64,000 nucleotides of DNA from Nageia nagi (Eukaryota; Plantae; Pinophyta): NCBI GenBank assembly GCA_050084985.1, contig JBITNC010000002.1:12152001-12216000 (forward strand). Direction: 5' to 3'. The position numbers and the translations under genes are program-made. The notes beneath the pieces are model-generated. The model did no database searches. It saw only the letters and a program-made list of their open reading frames with translations, and was not told the origin of the DNA. This document shows, piece after piece, positions 38,536 to 52,800 of the stretch. Within the stretch, counting starts at the first letter, position 1. Each line of letters opens with the position of its first letter.

Positions 38536-41116
38536 TGATATGGGAGCAAACTTGCTTATTGATTTATTATGAAAGAGGCCTTTAAATAGGCAAATCCATA
38601 GATGAATAACATGGATTTAGCACATGGTATTAAGTATTAACACATGAATTTGACAAAACAACCTATTCTAGATACTTCTAGAGCATTTATTACATTAAAT
38701 AAGCTAGATAGCTAAAAATGTATTAATACTACTAAGATTATTACTAAATGCCTAAATACTAATTATAATTCTCATCATTCCTCTCAACAATAGAAGCATT
38801 GGTCCCCAATGCATCCAAAGAAGGAAGCTGATAATGAGGAAGTTGACAATAATTAAAAGAAGTTGAAAAATTGGAATCACATAATGAAATGATGTGGCTG
38901 CAAATTGCCCACAAAAGTAGTCAAACCAAGGAGGTTTGAAGCAAAGCCAATACGACAAAGGTGTCTCAAACTCGATATGAAAACCAGAATCCTCAAGATT
39001 TTTTTGTGATAGCATTGTTCCATGTAATAATGGAGATGTCATAGAAGAAAATATTGTAGAAGCAAGTGCTTGAGGAATAGTTAAAGTCACATAAAACTCC
39101 TGATGCAAGATGAAGGAAGTAAGAGATGGTTCCAAGGCAATAAGAGTAGGAGGATATGGTGGCTCATCAAAACAAGGAAGGCTCATCACAAGAAAGTCCT
39201 CATAATTATGTACATGATCCATAAATGGAGCAACATCAAATAAAGAGGTAAGCTGCTCACGAAGGTCAACAACATCCTCAATGTGGGACTCAATGAGAAG
39301 AGAAGCAATGCCATCCTAAAGGTCATTTGATATCTCGTCTGGAGATGAAGTTTTTCATTAGATGAGTTGTCTACGAAGAAAGAGTTTTCCTCTTCTTTCA
39401 CTTGAAGACCAAGTTTTTCACAAATTGAGATGCCACATTGAGCTAAGCAAGTAAATTGCTGACATCTAGTTGAGTATTGACAATATGAAGTTTTGCAACC
39501 AATATGTTTGTCATCTGATACATGAACGAGATGTGCAATTGACTGTTAAAGTGGGTGTTTCCATGATCATAACTATGTAGTGTGGGACACCTCCCAACAA
39601 TAGATTTGAGTTTCTCAAATCATCCATCGTGAAGAGATGATCCCATTGCTTTTCGTGGATTTAAAATCCGACTCCGAAATCTTAAGTTATGATATTAAAT
39701 CTCCAAGATACAAATATTTACTTTTTATACCATTAAAACTTTAGAAACTCAAATATTTAATCAAAAATGATTAAATATCAAAAAACTTCACATAAAATAT
39801 GCGAATTGGGTGCACCAAATATTTTACCAAAACAAACCCTAGCCACCAAATTCGAAGTCAACCTGGTTTCAATGAAGGAGGGAGTCCAGATTGTGAAAAA
39901 GGGCCATGGAACTTACGAAAAACACATGCAAATTTGAGAAAGGAGGTGGATATCAATGGGATCGACATTGAGAAGCCACGATATCGCAGGATGAGGAGCA
40001 CACAATGAGGCGCCCACACAGTTGACTCATCCACGCACAAGGTTCACGAGACAAATTTATCCTTGTCTTCTGCGAAAGGATGCGCTTAAGCAGTAGCAAA
40101 GCAGGTGTAGTCCAAGAGGGGTCATGAAGTTGTGAACGAAGCGTTGTAGACAAGAAAGATTAAGAACTAGCCACCAGAATGGAAGTAGCGTAAGTGCAAA
40201 TAGCGAAAACTTTGTCCATATAGCCTTGAGAATGTGATTGAAAAATGCAGAGTTTGCGTTCCAAATCTGTTATGGCACAGAAAGGGGCATCTACGTCCAT
40301 AGTTCTTAGTGAAAACTTGTCAAAATGATCAAATGGGTGCAGATTTAGCGAGAACATGCAGGAATGAATTGATTTGGCCACGGAGATGCTGCAAAACAAT
40401 GATGCCCATGTTGAAAGGATACCAACTGAGATATTAATAGATCATGCACAAATGTCGGGGAGGGAATGAGATCCCCAACAACAGATTCATAAACTTCCAC
40501 AAAATGTAGATCTAAAGACAATGATGTGCCTCCAATGATGCCATATTTGATGCCTACAAAAAGGTAGATCTGAGCACCAACAAAAATGGCAGAAAGGGAA
40601 ACAAAGGCATCTCAACACACCTCACACAACTTTGCTACGGAAGGAGAGGCGACAAGCTGCAAATATTGTTGTCTTCAATGTACCAAAAAATGCAAATGGA
40701 GCTCCAATTTCACAGAAGTAGCAGAAAAATGGATGTAAATATCCAACGAGGAATCTAAGCATCAAAACAAGAGAGTCGATAATTCCAAAACTGCCACCAA
40801 AGATCCCCAAGTTGCACAAAATGCAGATCAAAACAAGAGGACCACAACCTCAAAACCAAAGGAAGCAAAATGCCTAAGCGAACGAACTCGCTCTGGTACC
40901 AATGATGTGGGAGCAAACTTGCTTGAAAGAGGCCTTTAAATAGGCAAATCCAAAGATGAATACCATGGATTTAGCACATGGTATTAACACACGGATTTGA
41001 CAAAACAACCTATGCTAGATGCTTATAGAGCATTTATTATATTTAATAAGCTAGATACCTAAAAAGGTATCTAAGATTATTACTAGATGCCTAAATACTA
41101 ATTATAATCCTCATCA
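38536..41116 (-). mobile_element. Non-autonomous short-LTR retrotransposon, 2.58 kb (probable copia deletion derivative)
   Basis: LTRs at 38536-38777 and 40903-41116 (TGAT...ATCA). TSD TACAA at 38531-38535 and 41117-41121. PBS TGGTACCAGAGC at 40901-40890, PPT TTGAGAGGAA at 38787-38778. No recognisable RT. Confidence 0.93.
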
Positions 41117-41664
41117 TACAATTTATTCATATCAATATGCATATCTACTCATGTAAAACAGAGAATTGCATAACATGTACCTTGCTAAATGCCTTCAAAC
41201 AGGAAGATTCATGTAAAACATTATATTAACTTCAGATTTCTCACATGAATTGCTGAAGCTTATTTGAAGAGTATAATTGAAGCAAAATGAGGCTGTGATG
41301 ATCAACCTTGAGACAAGTGGTGCAAAAAAAAGAGAGGTTCAATTTTTTTGGTAAACTTTTGAAACAGTAACCAATGGAGGATCACCTGTACATGATCTTA
41401 TTATACAAAGTAAAATCATAAGAATATACTTCTAGATGTAAATCCAGCTTCGAAAGACTATTTCACCTGTTAAGTCATAAGATTGATGTTAAGATTGACC
41501 TTGAGATGAGCAATGCAAATGAAGAGATGTTAAAAGTTTTTGTCAAACATTTCATGACACTAACCAATGGATGATCAACTCTATATGTTTGATGTTTGCA
41601 CTTCATGTACAATGTATAATCATAAGACTCTATTTCTAGCCAGTTTTGAAAAACTTTGCACCTG

Positions 41665-41735
41665 TTAGATATAAAGCTTGATGATCTCATTTTCAAGTTC
41701 AGAGAACTTCCAAGCATCAGCAACTGAATAGTCAC
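41665..41735 (-). CDS. truB: Last coding exon of a TruB-family tRNA pseudouridine synthase (plant organellar type)
   Basis: TTTTAG|GT GAC TAT.. encodes (G)DYSVADAWKFSELENEIIKLYI*, matching my recollection of the plant TruB C-terminus (GEYSA.DAWEF.ELE..ITK.Y). Phase-compatible with the exon at 51473-51510. Confidence 0.85.
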
Positions 41736-42189
41736 CTAAAAGCCACAGCATCCATTTGGTTAAAAATATAATAAAACAATTTGCTTTATGTGAATCACTG
41801 TTCTCCAAGAAACTAAGCATATGATGGAAACTGTGTTTCTGAAAGGAACTTCATATAGGAAGCAAAGTCATTCCAAGGACTATTGTCATGCATAGGAATC
41901 TTGCCATAAAATTGAATTATAAAATGCTGCTTAAAAGTAAACAAAAGAGATATGCAAGGAATTTTATTCATTTCCTAAGGTTCCCAAAACAATTAATTGT
42001 AAGTTCTTGAAATCACTTTAAAACTTTAGGAAAATGGGAAATTCGGAAAATGAAAACACTAAAATATGTCAAATAAATTTGTAGTCAATTATGAATACAT
42101 GCAAGGTACTCAGCACATAGAAGACAGTATTTTAATTTTTTTTATTAAAATATCTGTGCATTTGTGCCCTGTTCAATGTTTTTTTAAAT

Positions 42190-42420
42190 TTGAGAAACAA
42201 TCATTTAAATAGTTAATTGATATATATTTACTTCTGGACAAACTTTTATAGGTCCTACAAATCAATGAGTTTAAAGGGACGTTAAAAGACTCCTATCTAC
42301 CTATCCTAACAATCATTCAAATACTTAATTGATATAAATTTACTTCTGGACAAATTTTTATAGGTCCTACAAACCAATGGATTTAAAAGGATACTAAAAG
42401 ACTCCTAACCTATCCTATAA
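42190..42420. repeat. ~115-bp tandem duplication related to 35570-35790
   Basis: ACAATCATT(T/C)AAATA(G/C)TTAATTGATAT..GTCCTACAAA..AAAAGACTCCTA occurs twice. The same motifs occur at 35327, 35572 and 35727-35765. Confidence 0.75.
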
Positions 42421-42797
42421 AAGTACAAAAGTAATTATATCAAACCTAATAAAATCCAGATTTTGTACCTACTACAAGTAATTCTTCTTTTAAATACTTC
42501 AACACTTCACTGATTAAGAGAATCCACACAAGCTTTTAAATTAAAAAAATAGTTGATGTCATCAAGCTCAATATTGTTCTACATTTAGTGACAAAAAGGC
42601 CCATGGATTTGAGATCTACCTAGCACATGAGACACTCTACAAATCTTTATAATTGTTGAAATACCGGTTAATACATGAAGAATGTAAGAGACCCTACTAA
42701 ATATGTATTATAGATGCCCAAACTATTGTAGATGCTCAAAGTACTAAATATCTACTCTTGAAAACATTACTTTATAAATTATTGTAGATGCCCAGAG

Positions 42798-45700
42798 CAT
42801 AGTTAGAAAAATCGGAATCGTTTGATTGCAGGATTTTGATTTTTTGAAAAATCGGATAAAATCGGCATGAAGAAAAAATGAAGGAATTTCTACTATTTGA
42901 TATTAAAACAAATCAGTTTTAGCTAAATTTGAATATTGCATATCAAATAGAAAACATTCCATATAGAATAACACATAAAATATCCAACATTACATATCAA
43001 AGAAATTGTAGAGTTTTATATTACATATCAAATGTCAAGTGTCACGGATCAAAAACATTAAAGAGTTTCAATGTGACATAACAAAATTTGAATCACAAGA
43101 TCCAAAACATTCATCTAGATTCTAGTGACTGCTCCTGCAACATTGCTATGAGCTATCATCCATGTTTTGACTTTCACAATCTCTCTTTTACAACCCTAGA
43201 CCTAGTTGTTATTAGAGGTTCATCATCATCAATATCATCTTCAAGAGCAACTCCTCTATGTGATGGTCCCGCTGCTAATGTACCCCCTTGGGCCCCTTCT
43301 GCTTCCATTGCCACCCTTTCAGCTTCCTCTCCCATTGCAACAACTTGTTCTTCTATCCTTTGATCCTTTTCAAAGGTGAAATCAAAATCTCGAGGCTGTA
43401 AAATCAAAATGCATTGCCCATCAAAAGCTTATAAAATACATTCAAAATCAAATTCAATAGCTAATTTATAAGTTGAAAATTGAAATCAAAATCTCTAACC
43501 TCTTCTGGCACATCTTTCAACCATGAAGCCCACACATCACTTGCATCAATCTCATCCAACTCTATCACGTCATTACTTGTTCCTTCAATTTGTCTATGAT
43601 GGAGGTGAAGGTTGTAATGCACAAAAAACAAATCATTCAAGTGCTCATGGATGAGCCTATTGCGCTTCTTTGAATGAATTTGCTCAAAAGTGCTCCAATT
43701 TCACTCACACCCAGAAGAACTAGCTGGTTGGGATAAGATTTTTATGGCCACTTTCTGAAGATTTGGCGTATTACCGCTATAATCCTCCCACCATAGATCT
43801 AAAAAAAAACAGCAAGAAAACCAAATAAGATATGCATTTTTCAAGATGTTACTAATTGGGCAATTCACTTAAAAAATATTGAAAATGCATTTTGTTACCT
43901 GGAGCTAGAGTTCTCCTTGATTCTATACATTCTGGGGATGAGAACAAGTAGCCTTGTGCTTTCTTGTAATCTTGAAGCTCTACCCCAAAATTTTTGGTCC
44001 TAATCTCCTTATCTGGCACCAAACGGTTAATAGCCTTATGGAGACCTACAAAATTTAAATGCCCATCAAAATCCAATATATTCAAATTCAATAGGTTAAG
44101 TTGAAAATAGAAGTCAAAATCCTCAAAGTTGATTAATATTTACTAGTGGATACATGTGTTAATCTCCCCATTCAATGGATCAAAATTGTCTTCATAGAAG
44201 AACTTGGGATTCAAGTAAATCCCTGCTCCATGTAGAGGCTTAAGCAATTGAGTATTCCACCTACAATCAACCATGTCCCAAATGTACTGAAATCTTGATG
44301 CTTGATGAACAAAAAAAGCAGATATGGCCTCCTTTGCCTTATCCATCACCTCATACACGTACCCCATGGATGGCTTCTTTGATTCCACAAGGCAAAGCAC
44401 CCTCACTAAGGGCTCTGTAATCTGCAAAGTGAATTATCAATTATAAAACTAAATTAATAACAATTTTAATGAATTAAATTTTAATCAATTCAATATGGAA
44501 TGATTCGGATAGTAGAAAAGTGGAATAGTTGAAAATTGAAATAGAATTATACCTTCAAAATCTGAAGCGCATCTGCCCAATAATCATCATCAAAGATACA
44601 ATTAATAACATTCTTGTCATCTGGTTCACGTGCATATTTCGACTCCATCCACTTATTGCTCACAAACATTTGTTCCAATGAAGTTCGAGTATTAAAAATA
44701 CTCTGCAATGTAAGAAATGATGTTGCAAATCGTGTAGTGGCTGCATGCAAAATTCATAAATTTAATTTAATGAAAAATAAAAAAAATAGAATATAAATGC
44801 AATAAATTGAAAGTTGGGAAATAATAAATAATTTACCAAGATGTATTAGACCCTTTCCATTATGAAATCTATCCTCATCAAATGGAGGACCCAAGCATGA
44901 TTGTAGATATATTTGGTGATATTCTTTGCTATTTCCACAACCTCTTTGATCCAATCTACCCTTCCAATGTCTTAAGAAGTAAGTCGATGACATGTGCAGC
45001 ACAAGGAGTCCAAAAAATGATAGGGTATTCTTTATCAATCCTCTCCCCTGCTTTAAAGTATGCAGAAGCATTATCCGTGATAACCTACAGTGTGCACAAC
45101 ATAAAATTTAAAGTTAAGTTTTAAACTTAGATGAATTAAATTTTAATTATAAAAAATTTAAATCAAAAAATGATAACATGCACAAAATAAACCGAAACGA
45201 AATAGATAGAAAATAATAAAAATACCTGCACAACGTTCTTAGCCCCCACCTTCTCGATGACTATCTGCAGCTGCCCAAATAAATAATCACTATTTTTTAT
45301 TTCACCTGATGCAACCACTAACTTCAAGAATGCCAAACCTCATAAAGAAGCAGCCAAAAAGTTCAACAAAGTTCTCCCCCGTGTATCGGTCCAACCATTG
45401 CTAAGAATGTTGTAGCCCTTTCTTCTCCAAATCTTCTTTTGCTCGTCAATAACCTTCCTGCAATCTAAAACAGCCATATCCAGCATAGGACCTTTCAAAT
45501 CATTGTAAGTTGGTGCTTTAAATCCAATACCACAAGCAGCAATAGCTCTAACCATGTACTCCCAATACGGTGAGTTCGCCACATTGAAGGAAAGATTAGA
45601 GTACTACCAGAAATTTGCAATTGCCTTTCTGGTTTTATTAAACTTATCCTTATTCCATGATTCATCGAGTGTGGTTTGGCCATGACGAGGTGCAAAAATA

Positions 45701-46616
45701 TCACACCTCATTGCACTACTAGAGCTTGCTGGATTCCTCATTTTGCTAGGGGGGTTTGCTCTACAATTGCAGTTGCACTACCACTAACACCATCCTCTTC
45801 AAAGAAATGGCCCTGGGTAGAACCTACCCCTGGAAACCCTGGAAGCGGAGGTGGAGGGGAAGTTGGTGGAAACCCTCTAGCAATTTCTGATTTTGTTCTT
45901 TTCTTTGCCTGCTTCTCTGCTACCTTAGATTCTATGATAACAACCATTTGCCTTTGGACATCTTGATCTACCTTAGGGCAAGGTCTAATATTATTCCCAG
46001 CCATTCTTGCTAAGTGAAATTTCATTCTGTAAACACCTCCACCAATAGGTTCCCTACAAAAATTGCAAATAGGAGTGCTTGTTGTTTCAGTCTCTGTGAC
46101 ATATGACCAAGTAGCATCTGTCCTATCTTTCTTACAGCCTGGAGAACTCATACTTGCAGCTGCAAAAACAAACAAAAAAGAAAAAAACAAAAAGTTGAAG
46201 CCTTGGAGAGAAAATGAAAAACACCCATCAAAACTCACAAAGCATTGGAAAGTTGGAAACTTACTTGGAATCTCTTCAAATTTGTTGAAAATGGTGTTAG
46301 CTTAGCTACTCTCAGCTCTAGAATGCAAAAAAGAAATGAATAAGCTTTTTGGTGACTTAAACCCCTCTACTCGCGCCCAAGACAACCAAACAATTTTTTG
46401 TAGATTTTTTTTATCAAGAATCGCGATTTTTTGCATAATCAAATCAGCCAAAAAATCGGATTTAATCTTGAAAAATCGTCGGCTGAGTCAATGCCGATTT
46501 TAAAAAAAAATCGTGAATTGAAATCGGAAAAAATTGGATAAACACTTTTTTGAAAAAAATCGGATCCGATTCAAATCAGATCATTTGCTTTGCCGATTCC
46601 GATTTTTCTAACTATG
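42798..46616 (-). mobile_element. Complete hAT DNA transposon (3.8 kb) in the TruB intron
   Basis: Perfect 23-bp TIR CATAGTTAGAAAAATCGGAATCG. Perfect 8-bp TSD GCCCAGAG at 42790-42797 and 46617-46624. Subterminal AATCGG repeats. Confidence 0.97.
43174..46151 (-). pseudogene. Intron-containing hAT transposase (BED finger, DUF659-type core, dimerisation domain), lightly decayed
   Basis: CNFC..GGVYRMKFHLA, LSNGWTD..RTLLNF, FWTPCAAHVIDL, TRFATSF, PLHGAGIYLNP and SSSGCE*NWS (TGA for CGA at ~43701). About 6 AT-rich introns. Confidence 0.9.
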
Positions 46617-46979
46617 GCCCAGAGTACTAAATATCTATGAAGAATGTAATATCCTAAAAAGATACCAAGGATCTAAGATTGAAAAAGTGGATTCGGAGAT
46701 TAATCATTTGGCTTGATAAGGAGGTTAAATGGTGATGCAACATATGTGGCAAAAAAAAAAAAAAATTATTCAATGATTAATCATTTGGGTTGACTTGGAT
46801 ATTAATCGACCAACACGTTTGAGAAGAGTCTTTCAACATGGGCCTGCTGAAGGATGTGCTCAGAATCAATTTGCTAAATAAAAAGAAATGTGAGAATTTT
46901 GTGTTAAACCTGCCAGCAAGAACAAAGTGTGGAGAACATGGATGTTTGTCAAATTCGCAAGGTAACTCGTGAGAAAGTG

Positions 46980-48700
46980 GCACAACCCACATGGAAGTTT
47001 CTCAGATCAATTAGCGCAAATGGTGTTTAGTAGGTGTTTTATTGTTTTTAGATAGAAATAATAGTATTTTGTTGGGTATTTTATTTATGTAGGATTTTAT
47101 TTACTTGGCATATTAGTTTGTTAGGATTTTTAGTTGGTTTTTATTGTTAAAAAAACAGTGGAGTGATAAGGTGTATTTTTTAGGATTTAAATTATTAAAA
47201 AAAAAATTGGTGGATATATTATGACATGATCTTATGAATGTTATGGTGTTTACCAAAGAGAAAAAAAGCCAACCCAATGGCTTTGACCGAGTACGAAAGA
47301 AAAGGCAACCTAGAGGCTCTGACCTAGCCTTAAGGCAACCTTGCAACCTAGACCACAAAAGGATCTGACCATATGACATTACTTAATGGCAGATCATGTG
47401 ATATTCATTTGGCTTGAATGATATCTCCACAAGGCTTGACTTATAAACAACAAAAGTGAACCTCATATGCAGTAATTTTCTCTATCACACTTGGCGGTTG
47501 TAGCGACTAGTGATCCATGCAATCTAGTAAGATGAGGATTTTACCATAAGGATGCTCAAGAACGATCATAAAGGAAAGTCTAGTTCAATAAGTATTTGTA
47601 TGTGTGAATGGATATGTTTGTCCCTATTCATACATGTATTCCAGGTTGCCAAGAACCTCTATGGTGAGATTTTGTAGGCTGCCATAAGCCAAGTTGGAAG
47701 CAAGTTGCCAAAAGCCTAAATGTTGAAGTTTTGTTGCAAGCTGCCAAAAGCTTGTAAAGAAGGTTGAAAGAAGACTATCATCAATCTTGGTTGGATGTGC
47801 TTGGTCCCCAACAATTGTTTGGATGTTTGTTGTGAAGGCAGGCTGCCAGAAGCCTTGGATAGATGTGTTAGTCTTGATAGGGAGAGTTTCCAAAACTTCC
47901 TTTGTTGTTGGTTGGATGTTGTGGTAGATGCCAATCATTACCACACATGACTAGATGGTGATGCCAATATTGCCACATGAGGACTTCAATGAGTCCATTA
48001 CCGTTGAAGAATATTGGAAGATTCATAGATGTGATGTTTGTTTAATGGGGGTGTTAGAAATATTATAGTTTAGTGTTAGGATATTACATCATAGGTATAA
48101 TGTGTGAGTCAGTTTGTATGTGAGTACCTTGTGTTCTGTTTGTTGAAGGAAAAAGACAAACATGTTGGTTGTCCTCAACAAAATATTGTATTTATAAATA
48201 CTACCATCTATAATGAAATAAGCATCGAAGTATTCAGAATTTCAATAAGAATGCTCCCCTTAGCTTCACACTCTCTCCTCCCAAACCTGCACATGACAAA
48301 TGAGTGAAATTAGAAATAAAATTTGAGATTTTCCCTCTATTCCCCATTGTTTTTCTCATGCCGCGAATTCATGCCAAATTTGCTGAAATTTGGATGAATA
48401 TTTGATAAATATTCACAAATTTGCCAACTTTTAAAAAAAGTAGTCAACTAACCCTTTGACCAACGAATTTTTGGTGAATTTGCAATATATTCAATAAAAT
48501 TTGGACCTCCATTCTGGAGATTTTTCAAGGAGCAGAAAAATTCATGAATATTCACCAATTCGGCAAATATTCGCCAAATTTGTATTCTATGCAAATAACA
48601 TATTCTTACAAAAATGGTGCCAAAAATGTAAGACATATTTATACAACATTAAGTGATGGAAATAAGAGAAGTATTTGAAAGAACACAAGACACCATAAGG
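46980..48700 (+). mobile_element. LTR-retrotransposon 3' relic (GCCAA repeats, PPT, LTR from 48052) with a MITE-like insert at ~48290-48595
   Basis: TTAATGGGGG-TGTTAG at 48042-48057 and TATAAATA at 48192. Repeated GAATATTC/GCCAAATT motifs at 48360-48590. Confidence 0.45.
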
Positions 48701-49449
48701 TAGAAATATTAGAATTATGTAACAAATCATCAATGCACTAATACATCAATGTGAATAGTTATCGTTCAATACAAATAACTCCCCAACTATGCCATATCTT
48801 CGGCATCTATTCTCATGCATCGCATCATAGGATGTGACTTAAAACGTTCTTCATCAAATAAATGCAATCATAGATGATAATTGCACATAAACAAGAAGTA
48901 ATATACCTCATAAATGTTACACAATGACATTTGTAAACACCTTATCACAACATGTATAATAACAGTACAACATTACATATATAATATGTACAAACCAAAC
49001 ATATATATCCCATTGAAAATTCATAGATGTTGATGACATACATGCACGATGCAAACAATTGCCTACACCTTGTGTTTTGTTTTGTTATGAGGGTGGAATG
49101 TGTTCTTATACAAAATTTTATTATTTAATACGATGTCCTTCGTGTTCATTTTGTAAAAATACATTCTATAAAGGAGATCACACCATTTAAAGATAATGAA
49201 CTATTTCTTGTTGTGTCAAAAGATGCACCAATAATTCCTACAAGAAGAGATGGCAGAAGCCTCGTGGGCTAAAACAAAATACAATTCATGATGCAAGGAT
49301 TTCAACTCATAATCAAACCAACAATTTATAGGGCACATGCCTAAACATTAGGGCAATCATAAATGGGGATAAGATGAAGATAAGTGTTTAAGTCTATCTT
49401 ATTCAACAACAGTTGTGAAGGGAAAAGATTGATAGTCAAGCATAAATTG

Positions 49450-50280
49450 TGAAAGATGAGAAGCATAATTGTCAAATGATCTTCCATTGAAATGTGTTCC
49501 ATGGAGGTTGGAAATAATTGGCTAGAAGTAGGTGGAGCCTATAATGGATTGGGGAAATCCAAGAGAAACGTCAAATTTTCATGACAAACAAGGGGAAATT
49601 GGTTATACACATAAAATCTGGACATGGGGAAAGCAAAAGCCTACTTGGAAGAACACAATCAGTCCAAGTTGCTTGTCCATGCACGAAGCTAATGATGCCA
49701 CAAGAGTTCAAAAAGCATGGATGCCCATTAAGGATTAAAATACCATGTGCCACACATATGTGGAAGATGCCTTCCATATGTTGCAACTCTCATCAATAGA
49801 GACTCTAAGTAACCCAAGGGCCTTAAGATCCAATGAGACAAATCTCATTCTCAATCAAGTCATAAACATGTGCTTAACCAGTTCCAGTATAGGTATTAAA
49901 ATTTCCCAAAGGGTTGATCTCACCTAAAAAGGAGCATGTAGAAATCTCCAAGAAAAGATCCAAATAGGGTTTGCCATTGATATGAAATAGCAAAGGATGG
50001 AGAAGCCAACATGTATAACCTTACATATATTTCAAAGAGACAGTATCAGATGAGATATATTAGTCTTTATTTGCGTGTATAAGCTAACATGGTGGACATG
50101 GATTTAACCTTGTATCAATGGTTTTCACATTGAGTATAGTGGTCTTCTACATCTTTGTTATTTATAAAGGAATAACAAAAAACCTTGCATATTCATCAAG
50201 TTGCATAAAGTGGATATAACAACAACCTGATTTATCTTTCCATTCTTTGTGTAATTGTGCCTCTCTATGAAAATTGATAT
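49450..50280 (-). mobile_element. LINE APE-endonuclease relic
   Basis: GEINPLGNFNTYTG (decayed GDFNARTG) followed by ILILNG..TDCVL. Confidence 0.6.
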
Positions 50281-50312
50281 TCACTTATGAAGTTCATGGC
50301 CTTGGTATTTTC

Positions 50313-50571
50313 CAAAGTAGTCGAAATCGCTAAGACTTGCAAGTTCTTGGCGAGACTGAGTCCTGAGTGGGCTCTGCCGCACCAAGTCCACTCCGACTCT
50401 TTTTTCTCTGAGTTTCGACAAGTATGATCGAGTTTTGGCGAGTCTGGCCGAGTTTCGACGAATCTGACAGAGTTTGAATTTTTTCTTTTATTTTTGCCTA
50501 GTCCAGCCGTGTTTTTTTCCTGAGTCCCAAGTACAAGCCTCGAGAGGACCTCACCAAGTCCGACAACTATG
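50313..50571. mobile_element. hAT-type MITE
   Basis: Ends CAAAGTAGTCG...CGACAACTATG. TSD GTATTTTC/GTAATTTC (7 of 8 match). CGAGT repeats. Homologous to 53149-53378. Confidence 0.85.
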
Positions 50572-51472
50572 GTAATTTCTATTTAATTATTTGATCTTGT
50601 TCTTACTAAACTTTCCTTTGTGCCTTTCACTGTCATCCATGGAACAAAGGTTCAGTGACAGCATTCGTTACTAGTAAGTTTAGAGCCCTAGCACTACTGC
50701 ATTGAAAGAATTGGTTTTCAAACCTTTTGTCTTATTTGATAATAGAATCTAAGATGTTATTTGTTTGGAATTAGTTTCCAGTATGTAGACATCATTTATT
50801 CATTTGTCACTCATTCTACAAGACTTTTTGTAACTAACTGAACCATCATCATCCTAACTGAATATTGTTGGAATTGATTTGTGCCTTCATAACTATAGTT
50901 TTACTTGTCAGCACCTACTTGTTGGGTGATCATTTATATTTGGTACAAGGAATCGCCAGCTCCTTTCAAGGGATGTTGGTTAGCAGTGGACAATCTTTTT
51001 TTTGAGCGAAAGTGAGCTGGCAATATAGTAAGTTGTGGCAGTTCCACTGGATCATGTTTCTTTATCTCTCATAGGTGGAAAATGCTATAGAGCAGAAATA
51101 TGTGTAGCAAGGTGCTTGAATCATAAAGTTAATGAATGAACTTAAGGAAAGCCCCAGTTTTCACCATAATAAAATAAGGAGAATCATTACATAAAAAGTA
51201 TCAAGGGAACTTGAAGGTATAGAAAAGTCTAGAATAGCAAGGGAATACATTAAACATCACCAAGCAGCATTTAAAAGTATTGTTATAAAACATTCAGGTT
51301 GAAATGGCATACGTAATGGCACCATACAAAAAAATGAAAATGAAATGAGACTTTAGTTACACCCATGAGAAAACAGTCTATCGGACTATGATATAGTAAT
51401 AAGCACATTCAGTGATGCCCTCTTCATTACATTCAGCATATGACAAAACAAAAGGAAAGAAATGAGAGATAC

Positions 51473-51510
51473 CTATTTGATCTCGCCGTAAAGACGTGAG
51501 GTGTGCACAG
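51473..51510 (-). CDS. truB: Penultimate 38-nt coding exon of the TruB-family pseudouridine synthase
   Basis: TTTTGCAG|C TGT GCA CAC CTC ACG TCT TTA CGG CGA GAT CAA ATA G|GTATCT encodes CAHLTSLRRDQI(G), the TruB AHL..LRR motif. Retains 3 CpGs. Confidence 0.87.
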
Positions 51511-52489
51511 CTGCAAAACATAACAATGCACTATAAGGGAGTTGTATATGTCCATCTATGTTCTTCAAAAATTGCATAGATGTCAAGAAACAATCCACTG
51601 AATCAACTAGCACAATGGAGAGTATATTATGCAATTCGAAACTTTTGGTCATAAATTAAGTTTACGCAAAGTGATTCACTCTCTAAATCAAAATGATAAA
51701 ATATACTTATAAATCTTACATGATGATTAATTCAAACAAAATATGCACTCTTCAAAGGATTTGTATAATATGCTTTAGTGTCTTGCAATTTGACGTGTAA
51801 TTGTTATATAATCTTTCAAAACAGAACATTGGATGTCACTCGTGACACCATTTCTATTTGATAAAAAAGCTAGAGGAGCCAATAATCTTTTCCCACCCCC
51901 AGCTGTTATCATGAATTTGTGTTCTCTTTTTTTTTTTTTGGTCTATAAGAGATGCTATTTCTTTTGAGAGCCTCCTTCCTCTTAAAAAAAATCTAAAATA
52001 CCTTAATTTAATCAGTGACATCTATACAAGTGAGGAAGAACCTCACCATTGCTCTGCAGTACTTAAGCTGTGAACATTGTTTACTTGATATATTGGAGGA
52101 TTGCCTGGTAAGTCCCACTGATCCTTTTCACCTTCCTCAATCAGCCAAGTCAAATGAAATTATGCATGTTTTCTGACCAGTTTGAATGAACTTAAGAGTG
52201 TTTGTCCTTTTATAACGTTTTGAGACTGAAGTACCATTATCACTTTTGCTTACAAAGAGTCTAAATTTTACATCAAGCAAATGTCAGCCATCACTATCTC
52301 AGAAATTTCTCCCCTTCCATGTATTTCTGTGGGTTTTACACTCTCCAATAGACAATATATCGAGCAATATCTTTTTCTACTATTGAAGCTACGTTTCGCA
52401 GGTATTCACTTCGGGAAAAAACTTTCTATAATCTATACATGTAATTTTCTAACCTTAATTTCACAAGCCTAGCCAACTGTGTTGCACAT

Positions 52490-52800
52490 GGAAAACTAGA
52501 GTGTGATAGCAATGGCCAATAAGCTGGTGCAGCATCAAAGGACAAAGCATATCAACATCCATGTAAATGATCTTAGGCAGCTTGTTTGGTAGAAGATGGT
52601 GGATTGTCAATAATCCCTATGCACTAGCAAATGAATTGTATCTCACTAACGATTTGGTTTATATGAGGTTCATCAAATTAAGAGAGAAGCATGAAATTAT
52701 GGAAACTATCATTAAGGGAAGTGTTAGTCTAATGACACCTGCCATCATCATGTGAGAGAGCCATGAATGAATCTGTTTCAATGAATCATAATAAGAAGGA
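52490..52800 (+). mobile_element. copia RNaseH end + PPT + LTR start relic
   Basis: SVIAMANKLVQHQRTKHINIH..RFIKLREK..IKGSVS. TAAGGGAAG-TGTTAG at 52713-52727. Confidence 0.7.

Noticed and set aside
22031-51510. PPR editing factor and TruB as a functional RNA-modification cluster
   Set aside because: PPR genes are very numerous in seed plants, and the two genes are 17 kb apart with no shared regulatory evidence. Adjacency is likely chance.
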